From NCBI RefSeq assembly GCF_009914755.1, contig NC_060934.1: 64,000 nt of DNA; one strand, written 5' to 3'. The notes beneath the pieces were generated by a model, which saw only the letters and a list, made by a program, of their open reading frames with translations, had not been told where the DNA came from and did no database searches. The stretch's first letter is position 1. Every line of letters begins with the position of its first letter. Shown here in pieces: positions 13,243 through 24,540 of this stretch. The DNA is from the human T2T-CHM13v2.0 reference genome, Homo sapiens. Both the position numbers and the translations under genes were made by a program.

Positions 13243-15128
13243 AAACTAAAACACTCTCTCAAATGCTCTGTAATTCATGAAAGTTGAACATAAGAGGAAA
13301 TATTGATATTACAATATAGGCACTGTAATTTTGTCTCCAATTTTTAAGACATTTGTGATTTGAAAAAAGTGGTTTCAATTAGTCTCACATCACAGAATCA
13401 ATGGCATTTTAAGTTACCAGCATTTATATTTATCATGTAAAACATGCCCACAAGAGATCTGTTCTGTAGAATAGATTCAATCCTGTTCCCAGCAAGTCCA
13501 CTAACCCACTTCCTGCTGGGGAGGGCAGCACTGAACCAGAGCCTGTTGTGTTCAGCCATTCAATACACTCCCATATCCATGGGGACTGGATTATGAAACA
13601 TAACAGGAATATACAAAATTTCTCAGGAACATGCAACTTTATAACAATGAAGATCGATCTTCAGTGCAGTTCAAGGAACACAAGGCGTATCCACAAATAA
13701 CCACAGTAAAGGACAAGCTTGTCTAATTAATTACAAAACAAAAAAGGTGGTATATACAAGAAGCTGTACAATTTTTTTGAGGGAGATCTCCTTTGGAGAT
13801 AGGGAAGGAAGCCATGGTGGAGGAACAGGTATTGGAAGGAGGGGAAGGTTTAAATAAATATGCCTTCTCTCCTACGTGCCATGGACTACCAGAGAAGGGT
13901 AGATGGTTCAATGCTGGCAAAAATCTTACTTTATATATTACTGGATGTCCAAACAATATGGTTCCATCGCTTTTTTTGGCTGAAGTCATAAAAAGTTGGT
14001 GGCAGCTACCTTCACCTTTCAGAGTGAGCTAATAGACACCTGAGCAGCATTTGCCAAAGCAGTAGCCTTAGCGTTCTCACCTTCAGACTGTATTAGAAAG
14101 GCTGAGAGGAGGCACTGAAGATTAGAGAGGAATCATTTGGAGATATTATCAGTATGCTGTGACTAATCTCCACCCACAATGACTGTGAGAACAGAGTCGA
14201 GGAATTTCCTTCGAGGTCCTCTGGAATTCCAGGGGCTGAGTGGACCAGTCCCTGACACACGCCTGGGGGAATCTCCATGCCAGAGGCTTTGGCTATTGAA
14301 GGGAGGCAGCAGGAGAAAGAAAAACCAGATTGTATTGTCAGCTGCCTACAATTCCGTGCCCCACCTGCAGCAAGGCCAGAGGGCACAGGTGTTTCTTGTG
14401 ATCAGCTGTGGGGCATGGGGTAGAAAGAGACAGTCTGGCCTGGAGCTACTGAAAATCCTGCCTACAAGGACTTGTGGAAGGAGCATCATGCCTCCGGTAT
14501 TCCCAGAGGCCGAGGGAGGAAAATGAGCAGACTAGCCTGTGTTTTTGGAAGGAAACTCCTAAAAACTACAATCATTCAGAGGCAGCCTGGATCATCTGCA
14601 AAACGTAAAAAGAACCTTTAAATTCCTCTTAAATGACCAGCGGGAACTACTGCCAGATGACATCAGTGGTCGTCCCCGCCTCTGCTCCCTCCACCTGCTG
14701 CAACCCGAGTGTCCAGAGTTAGCCACCTGTGGGAGGGAGGATAAATGTGCAGCAGGAAAGTGGGCACAAAACCTCGATGTTCCCACACCCTGCTACAGGC
14801 TTCCAATCAGGCTGGAGCTGGAGAAGGGAAGAGGCTTGATCATCCAATGAAATTCTGGGTTATTATTATTATTGTTATACTCAAATGAACCTGTTAATTT
14901 CCTAAATGAAAGTATTTTTTGTGACCAAAAGTGGCCAGAGGCTGTTTGTTATAGGAGAGTCATGGGGCTTTAAGCCCTAATATTTCACCCAAGCAGCAAA
15001 GAAAATAGTACCTGACAAAAAATTTTAATGGGCAATAGGTGCATTGAATAAAGTTCCTGTTCATTCAGATACTAGTACACTTACATATGGCATTGGTAAA
15101 AGTAGTAATAGTTTATATTTTGGTTCAT

Positions 15129-15498
15129 TGTATGGTCTGAATTTGTGCCCCCCCCCCCCCCCCCCGCCATTCATGTGTTGACATTCTACCCCTCAATGTG
15201 ATGGTATAAGGACATGAGGCCTTTGGAAGGTGATTAAGTCATGAGGGTGGAGTCCTCATGAATAGGATTAGTGTCCCTATTAAAAAAAAATAAAAAAGAC
15301 CCAAGAAAGACCCTCATCCTTTCTACCATGTAAGGACACAATGAGAAGACACCATCTATGAACCAGAAAATGGGCCTCAGACACCAATCTTATCAGCACC
15401 TTAATCTTGGATTTCTCAGCCTCTGACACTGTGAGAAATAGATTTCTGTTATTTATGATCCACCTAGTTTGTGGAATTTTGTTACAGTAGCACAGATG
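15129..15498 (+). mobile_element. MLT1A/MLT1A0 MaLR solo LTR
   Basis: tgtatggtctgaatttgtgcccc...aatgtgatggtat...gtaaggacacaatgagaag...ttttgttacagtagcacagatgga. Confidence 0.85.
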
Positions 15499-15854
15499 GA
15501 TTGTTTCTATTAAAATAGAAGATGGATAATGAACAACTATTGTTACATGGAACCACACAGATGACTCTTAAAAACATGTTAACCAAAATAAGCCAGACAC
15601 ATGTATCTGTGAACATGCTAAAAATCATTAAGCGCATGTTAAATGGGTGCACTGTGTGGTGTGTTTATTATATCTCAAATGTGGTGTTTTTAAAAAGCCA
15701 AACCAAAGAGGACATCCAATATGATTTCATTTATATGAAGTTCTAAAGTGACAAAATTCAGTATCTGTGGTGCTTGGTGAGTTGTGGGGAGGAGACTAAC
15801 TGAGAAGTGTTACATTAGGAAACTTTTGGAATGATGGAAAAGTTCTACATCTAA

Positions 15855-16005
15855 GCTGTACAATATAGAAGCCATCTAAGGCTATTTACATGTATTAACA
15901 TTTTTAGAATTAAACAAGTTAAAAATTCATTTTCTCAGTCACACTAGCTCATTTCAAATGCTCAATAGCAACATGTAGCCAATAGCTACCATATTAGACA
16001 GCATA
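15855..16005. mobile_element. MER3/MER33-like hAT MITE inside L1M 3' remnants (about 15500-16155)
   Basis: aaaattcattttctcagtcacactagctcatttcaaatgctcaatagcaacatgtagccaatagctaccatattagacagca. Confidence 0.7.
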
Positions 16006-17319
16006 GAACATTTTTATCACCACTCAGACTTTTACTGGGCAGTGATGTTCTGTATCTTCATTCCACTGGTGGTTCCAGGGGGTCTCATTTGTTACAGTCC
16101 ATGAAACCATACACTTAAAGCTGAGTGTTTTAAGATATATAAATTACACCATAATAGAATTGACTACAAAAATGGTTTTTGAGAGAAAATTGTACCAAGA
16201 ATAAACTGTTCTCCAAGACTTGGAGAATGAGTCTAAAGGGAAGAAGATGGTGGTAAAGAAAGGATGGCTGAGAGAAGCGGAGGCTAGGAAAGATATCCAG
16301 ATGAGGCAGGAAGACCTAATGGAGGATAACACTCAGCAAACAGCAGGCAGGAAAGAACTGCATTAACTGCACAGTGCTGAACTGACAAGAAAAAGTTTGA
16401 GATTAAGCAGAGATCTCTGGGGAACATGTGTGCTCAGGGAAAAAGTGAGTCCTTGATATTAGACATAAAGGTTCTGGAAGATGTCATGAGTAAAAATGAA
16501 TCATTAGGCCATGATCCAGGTGGTTTGAGAAACAGCAACTTGACGGGGGGTCAGCTGAGAAAACTGAGTGCCCCCAGGGATAAAGAAAAAGTTATAAACC
16601 TGGCCACTGCCTGAAACCTGGAATGAAAACACATATAGAGGCTGATCTGACTATCCAGCTAGTTTACTAGTGCAGGCCTGGTTTCCTGGGAATGGAGGAA
16701 TTCTGTATAAGGTTGGTGTTTTATAAAATAGTCCTGATCTCAGAAACAGATGTCTGAGCAGGCATTGTTTGCAGCTGGTTGCAATTGAACAATGGATGAA
16801 GAAAAAGATATAAGTGAAAGGTGATGTGCCACCTATGAAGTTAGCAACCTGCAGAAAGAATGGATGAAAATCTGCAGGAATTGCTGTGGTTTTCATGGAA
16901 AGCTAGCTGGTACTACTGGAGGGACACAGACTGGCAGGTGGATGATGTCACAATTAGGACCAACAGAAATAAATCAGATCCTACTCCCTAAAGAGAATTC
17001 TGGGGAAGGAACATTAAGAAAATGGGTACCAGTGTCTTTTTCTTGAATACCCTTGGATCCCCTGCTTAGTAAACAGGCATTCATGTAGACACACTATCAA
17101 GATAATCACTCAAAATAAAACATTTATTAATCATACTTGAAAGGTTTTTTAAAAAAATTTTGCTTTCACCACATACACATTTCTATTTTCTTGAAGTGAA
17201 AACACTTCAAGAAAAGTTACCACCTACTATTTGTGAGATCTACATCTGACTAATAAGAAAGGACAGGTGATTTTGCCTGTGGCATATTTTTTGATCTGTT
17301 CCTTCTCCTTCAGTTATCA

Positions 17320-17790
17320 GAGCCCTAGTTCTGACTCATCATTCCTGAGATGGACTATTGCAGCAGCCTGCAAGCTGTCTTACCTCTAATGCCGGCCTCC
17401 TGATATGCACTGTCCAGGTCACAGCCAGAATGGTCCATCTGAAGCACCACTGTGACTATGTTTTCAAAAGCTTCCCCAACTCTGACTTCCAGTAGAGCCT
17501 CAATAAATATACACCACACTGACTCACTGTTCCCATTGCTTCTGCCTGGAACCCCATTCCTATGTCTCGTTAGGTGGTTAACATTCCCTCATCTGCTACA
17601 CCTGCGCCTAAGTATCATTTCCAGCAAAAGCCTTCCCTAATCACCAGGCTGCCCAAGTACCCTTTGTCTTTGCTTTCATAGCTGCAGTTATTGCATTATT
17701 CATATTTCCTCTATATTTCTTGAGGAAAAGTGGGTTTTATTCATTTTTTAATGCCTAGCACCCAAACTGTGGATAATCTAAAGAAAATCT
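17320..17790 (+). mobile_element. L2 fragment
   Basis: ggactattgcagcagcct...cagccagaatggtc...ttctgcctggaacc...aagccttccctaatcacc, L2-like. Confidence 0.5.
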
Positions 17791-17833
17791 AACAACATAA
17801 TAATAATATCAAAATAATAAATATAATGAAAAT

Positions 17834-18022
17834 TGGGTTGCCATATTAAGTAAAATATAGGACTCTCAGTTAAATCTGAATTATCAGATAAACAATATTT
17901 TTTAAAGTATAAATGTGTCTCCAATATTGCATGGGACATACTTACGCTAGAAAAAAAAAAAAGCCTTGTTTATCTGAAATTCAATTTTAACTGGGCATTC
18001 TGTATCTGACTTGGGAACCCTA
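17834..18022. mobile_element. MER53 palindromic MITE
   Basis: gggttgcca...cagttaaatctgaattatcagataaacaa...tgtctccaatattgcatgggacatactta...ttgtttatctgaaattcaattttaactggg...gaacccta; self-complementary arms. Confidence 0.88.
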
Positions 18023-20026
18023 AACAGAAATTTTAAGAGAGCCTAAAAATTATTTAATTCCTGTATTTATTTAGGGTGACCTTTTCAAACGTATAAAACA
18101 CCCTGAGTTTCATAAAATTCTGTTTTCTTAAACTGATCAAAACCGAGATTCTAAATCTATATTCTTTTGAAGGCATAGTGTTAGAGTTGTATTTGTAATA
18201 TTTACAATACATATTAAAAAACAATTCTCTCCTAAGTGTTTTTGATTTCAAAAACAAAGTACAAGTTTTAGGTTGAAATTCTCAATTTGATTGTCTTAAA
18301 TGGCTAATGTGTGAATCCAACCTCCTACTGAATATAAACCTGTTTGTTTTTAAATGAAGTTTAAAGTTTTGGAAACATTTACAAATGTCCCACAAGCTCA
18401 TTTTAAAAATCCATTGGAAAGAGATGAATTTAAAGAAAAAGTACTGGGTCAGGAGTTTGGAAACCTCATTTCAGCTTCATCTTAGTCATTGGCTTGAAAT
18501 GGGAGCTTGGGCATGGCACATCACTCATTCTTCCCATCTATTATATGAAGAGCAAAAATTTAAATGATCTCAGAGGCCCCTGCTCCTACTCTGACAGTCT
18601 ATAACTGTATTAAGCCAAAGACATGGGCCCTGGTACCACAGGCTCTAAGTTAGCATACCTGGCCCTATCCTGCATCTGCTAGAAAATTTGCACATATAAA
18701 GAGCACCTGGCCTCCTGGGCTGGCAGAAAAACTCCATGCACCACAGTTCTTAAGCCTCTGAACTTTACATTCCTTCCAATGTTCATCTCATTTTGCTAAA
18801 ACAGGACATCATCAAAGACAAGAATGTCAGAAGCAAAGTGTCTGCATTGATATGTTGGATGCCCTCTTGGCCTGTTACATTCAGGAAGAAACAGAGTCCC
18901 TTCTCCTGCCTACCTAAGCCTGCCTTCTGATTTCTAATTTTTAGTCCAGGGACCTACCTTTTTAAAAGAGAAAACAGACACCTGGAATGAATCCTAACTT
19001 CAGGTGAGGCCACACTTTCACAGGGATGCAGACCTCAGTAAAACATCAAAACCGAACTCGATAACTCCAGTATTCATCTGTGGTAGTCATTTTTTTACAT
19101 CCAACCTCTCTGGGCCTTGCTTTTCTTTTCTCTACATATCTTAGAGTATTTCTGCTAGCAGTCATTACCTTTGTTTTCCTGTTAGGATTCAATCTCCACT
19201 GTAGCAAATTAGCCAATGACCTCTCACTAAATAACAAAAACCAAACATCTGACACGGATGATCTCCAAATAACAAGTCCACTTTGACGCCATTAAGCAAA
19301 ACATTGTACTGGCTACTCCCAATGGCAGGCAGAAACAAACAGCTTTGCACACCAGAGCAGCTCTGTTTATATACCATAGGGAAGACCTAGTGAGCTGTCT
19401 GGAGCACTCACCTAACATGGGTTGATTACTTTTTTTTGACTACCACACAGAGGCATATTTTATCACCCAATTTATTAAATGTCCATGCAACACTATTTAA
19501 AAACAGAATAAAGTGGCTCCCAAATCGCTTGTACTATTCACTAGCTCTTTATTGGGTCATGTTTAAGGCACTGACCCACGTTGAGAGCCTGGACCACAGA
19601 AAGCATCTTCTCTCAGAAACTTACAGTCTAGCTGAAGAGAGAAGGAGCTTTATGAATAAGCATCAGAAGAGAGAGAATGACCCCAGGCCTTTTGGCACAG
19701 TCTTTCCTCTTCAAAGAGGTAGATCATACAGCTACTGAGATGGTTACTGGTCAGCTTATTAGAGGAATGCAATGAGATCCCACCCAGAGAATAAAAGTAA
19801 GTGTCCCACTTAGTGGGCATATATTAAAAAAAAAAGTTTCTAGGACAGTATTGTGCCTTGAATTAGTCTGTGTCAAAATGAACCATTATTACACCTGAAA
19901 TCCTGTTGTCCCCTAAATGAACAGTGTTTACACATAAGATGCAGATTCTGAGCATCTGGCTATCTTCTGGCTTGGGAGGAAGAAAAGGAGAGATCCCTTT
20001 TATAAAAGGGAATAAAAAGTTACCTT

Positions 20027-20592
20027 AAGTGGTTCCTCCAAAAGTTAAACAAAGAATTACCCTATTACCTAGCAATTGCACTGCTAGATATATATCCAAA
20101 AGAAGTAAAAACAGGGATTCAAACAGATACTTACATGTGAAATATTCATAGCATTATACACAATAGCCAAAAGGTGGAAACAGCCCAACTGTTCATCAGA
20201 TGAATGGATAAATGAAATACAGTAATTACATACGATGAATACTATTCCACCTTAAAAAACAGTAAAATTTTGATACATGCCACACAAATGAAACTTGAGC
20301 ACATGTTAAGTGAAAACACACACCAAAAAATACTGTATGATTATACTTATATAAAATATCTAGACTAGGCAAGTTCACAGAGAGAGAGAGATAAGAGATT
20401 TCCGGAGGGAAGAGGAGAATTGGCAGCTATTGCTTAATAATAGAGTTTATGTTTGGGGTGATAAAAGAATTTTGGAGATAGATAGTAGGGATAGCTGTAC
20501 AACATCTGAATATAATTAATGCCAGTGAATTGTGTACTTAAAAATAGTTTAAATGGCAAATTTTGTTATACATCTTTTATTACAATAAAAAA
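20027..20592 (+). mobile_element. L1MB/MC 3' end
   Basis: ggttcctccaaaagttaaacaaagaattaccctattacctagcaatt...aaaaggtggaaacagcccaactgttcatcagatgaatgg...tacaataaaaaa. Confidence 0.85.
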
Positions 20593-22167
20593 GTGGAGAA
20601 AAAAGGGAAAGTCTTAATAAACGTGGGGGAGGAAAGGAAAGGTTGCAATCTCTGAGTACTCCATGTAAACTAGAGTGACACAATGAGAGTGGGGAGGGGG
20701 CAGTTGCACAACCTACCAGCCTGTGAAACTAGAGAAATCAGGTTTTGATTTCTCAAAGGAAAATCAAGTGGAGGACAATGAGGGGAGGGAGCGCACAATT
20801 ACTGCCAGAAGGTACTGGAGGTAGATAGTGGCATGGTCTTGTGACTGACCTCCCTTGACTCCCTAGGAGTTCCCCTCCCATCCTCACCCTAAAAAGCAGG
20901 CTACCATAGATCTCATAAGTAGACAGGCACTCCAAGGGTGTGTTAATCAGGCACAAGTAATCCCACTAGATCTTTTCAAGTGTGTAGTTAAAATCCAACC
21001 ACACTCTTACATTGTAAACACAGCATTTGTATCCTCCTTCAGAATTGGTCATTACTGTATAAACAAGTGGTATCAGTCAGGTCTGTATTCAAAACCTACA
21101 GGCTTTAGTTAATTAGGGGATACTCTGGTGACCAAAAGGAAGAAGTTTATTGAAATGTGGCTTTAGTTTGGAAGGCCCTGACCCCAATGTGGATTGTTAA
21201 AACTAAGGGTATAAAAATTTTACATTTTTATAAGTAAATAAAAGGTCTTAGACAAAAGTTCAAATCAGATACTATAGAGCAGGAATTTGAACATGGCTTG
21301 AGTTTTAGTGATCAAGAAGTCTATTTGCAGACTCCGATTCTTTGCTTGCAGTAGTTTTTAAATGTTGACCCTGTCTTGTCTTTTAATTTTGAACAACTTC
21401 CACCAAAGTCTTTCCCCAAAGTTTCTACCATTAATTATCCTTGGCTAAGACTTAGAGCCACAGATTACTAGTTACTAAAAAGCCACAAGGAACAAAAATT
21501 CATTCATTCTTCCATTAACTTATTAATCTATACAGCTGCCAACAAATACCTGCTGAGCATCTTCTATGTACAAAATTATTCTGCTTCACATGTTATTAGC
21601 AATGTAAATTTTAACTGACAAAGACTACTCTAGACTTTTGATTTGTCAAGAGATATAGATCCTCTTGCTATCCAAGTTCATTGAAGTAATCATAAAGATC
21701 TGCCTAAAATATTAAAATCTATGCTTCTAGGGACACGGGGTGACATGTCTTTTTATAAAGTTCTTATCTTTTGGATTTCAGTTCTACCTGGATTCAGCAA
21801 CACATTATTTTATTCATTTCTAGGTAATAAAGCTTCAGCAATCATTTACTTTAATAATGCCTTTCATTAATTTGGTTCATAAACATAGCCTATTTCTTTT
21901 TTCCCTCCTAAGCTGTAATGGCATTTGCACAGCTGTTACAAGGGAAGTTTTAAAAATGCAAATAAGAATTAGGTAGACTGCACAAACTAATAAAGAGAGC
22001 TTTGCCAAATATTAAAAAACGTTCTCAGTCAAAATAATCATACTAATGAAATAGAAAGCTCATGTGGGAGTGATTTTCAGTAGTTTTAAAACGTGAAAAT
22101 TTTGCTTTGACTTTTATACATACGGAGAAAACAGAGTACATGTTACCAAATCGGAATACATGCTTTC

Positions 22168-22386
22168 CACGGCATTTCACAATGAGGCACTATTGACATT
22201 TGGTGAAGGACAATTCTTTACTGTACAGGATAGTTCTGTGTACTGAAGGGCAAAGTGCTGTTACTACCCCTGACCTCCACCCACTGATCCCAGTGGTGTC
22301 CCTTCAGTCACCATGACAATCAAAACACCTCCAGATAATTTTAAAAGACCCATAAGGAAGTAGTTTTTGTCTACGTGAAAACCAAT
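22168..22386 (+). mobile_element. MER20
   Basis: ggcactattgacatttgg..acaattcttt...cctgacctccacccactgatcccagt...gacaatcaaaa..ctccaga. Confidence 0.75.
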
Positions 22387-23394
22387 CTAGTGAAATTCTC
22401 CCATGAATATGTCCTAAATATACTTTTAGGGCAAGAGGAGCACCAAAGAAGACAATCACTTCCAAAAAACTTGCTTGTGGTCTATTTCCACATTAGGTAT
22501 CTGCACATCACCTTCCTTTATTGACAATCATTGATTTTTAAATAAAAGAAATAAAAAGAAAACAATATCCATAGCTGCCTCTGAGTCAAAAAGTCTTAAT
22601 ACAAGGTGGAGGTAGGGCAGTCTGGAATATCTATTCTGCAACAATGATTCTCCATCTTTTTTTTTTTTCACAGCACACTCTGCTATTTTTATTACCAGGA
22701 CTTTTTAATAATCAAACTATAACAATATACTAGCTCAGAACATCTAGAATAGTATCTGTGGTTGTCACTCTTCATTGCAATAACCTTCAGGCTGGAGTCT
22801 CTGTGGACAACTGCCTTGACTATATCCCTTATGTACTAATAAAACAAAGTTCTTGTATATCCCTATTAAAAACTCTTTATATTTACCAATAGCTTCATGT
22901 TACCCAGCATTTTCTCTCTTAAATAAGAGCAAGTTGGTCCCCACTCTCCACTGTATTTCATGAACAATTAAGTCAGCCAGGATGCTACCAGACAGGCATG
23001 CCAATAAATGTATGAAAACCCAGAATATACACTTTATACACTGATCTAAATTTGGTAGTATCCCTGTGCAAGGTTTATGTATTCTAGAGTGCCACAGCAC
23101 GCTGGTTGCAAACAACTCTCCTACCATTCTTTCATAAAAGTTACCTCTGATGGTGGTTTTAAAGAAAAATAAAGTTAATTTTGAGATTCACATAAGCGTT
23201 TTAATATTGGCAAATATATATTATTTCCTTGGGCATTCCAGATTTTGTCAAGGAATTTTACATTTTGAGAAGTTGTGCTTGACTGTCAGCACTTTGCTAT
23301 GCTATGATAAAATCGGAGGACAACAAAAGTTTGATTTAAGGGCTTGGTTAAAAGTGTTGAATTTAAGTTACCCCTATCTGTGAGTCACTATACT

Positions 23395-23515
23395 TAGGGT
23401 GACCACACATCCTGGTTTTGGCCAGCACAGCTCCAGTCACATTTGTCCTCTCAAAATAATTGTTAATAGTGTTCCCTTTCATTCTCAAAAGTGTGATAAA
23501 TCATACCATCACTCT
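23395..23515 (+). mobile_element. MER94-like hAT MITE
   Basis: tagggtgaccacacatcctggttttg...taattgttaatagtgttccctttcattctcaaaagtgt. Confidence 0.7.
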
Positions 23516-24199
23516 CATTATACTGAGAGTCTATGAGAGACATTTGATAAGGTCACCAATAAGAGAATCTAGAAAACTAATTTTAGGGAAAAAAATACCA
23601 ATCAAGTCTTTCATATTTGTCAGTTGAACAATTGTGGAAATAGTGACTCTTTAGTATAGACAGTATTCAAAGATAGAGATGGAAGCTAGCTCCAAAATAA
23701 AAATAATCAAGAAGGGCATACGAAGAAAATTCAGGTCAATTACACCAAACATTTTTGAGCTCTTCCTATATTAATATGCTTGGGTTCAGGAAATAAGAAA
23801 AAAGTTATTTCTGCCCTTGAGAACCTTACAATTCCACCCTTACGATTTTCTGGAATAGACAGAAATTAAAGCAGAATTGTGGGATACATTGTAGTGTGGC
23901 AGTTAGTTCCCTCAATTTCCTAGTTCTGAGCCTTGGGAAAGATAGTGAGTTGCTCTGAAAATGATTTTTATCACATGAAAAATCTAGATGATAATATCCC
24001 TCTTATAGGTTGATTCTATTCAACTGACCTTTTCTAATTGCCTGAGTGCCAAGTATGAGGTGGTTGCAGGGATTACATGAGATGCTAACAATGGTAAACA
24101 ATGAAATTTAAAGACATTACTTTGTAATCAATTTCTTCTTTCAATTGTATACACAGAAAGGCATATATGACCCCTAAAGAGGGGCCTTTAGGTCAACTA

Positions 24200-24540
24200 G
24201 AGATGGGAAATGAGTACGGTTCAGGGCAGAAATGCACAGAAAGGAAGACACAGAAAAAGGAAGCAGCAAAGATATGAAAAGGTGACACTATGTTCATAGG
24301 GTGCTTGTGGAAATTCAAGTGAGGTGAAATACATTTCAGGGTAGAGAGTGACAAAAAGGGAAGCTGGAGAGCTGGGTGGGGCACATGATGGAGTCTTTGT
24401 ATATTCAGGTAGGAAGGCTGCATTGTTCCCGTGGGCAAGTGAGGGAGCTGCTGAAGGGTTTTACTGCGTAAGTGACAGAGTCAGACTTGTGTTTTAGACC
24501 AATAATTTTGGCAGCACTGGAAAGATGGATTTGAGTTCAG
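24200..24540 (-). mobile_element. L2 fragment
   Basis: gggagctgctgaagggtttt..gtgacagagtcagacttgtgttttaga..ggcagcactggaaagatggatttg. Confidence 0.55.
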
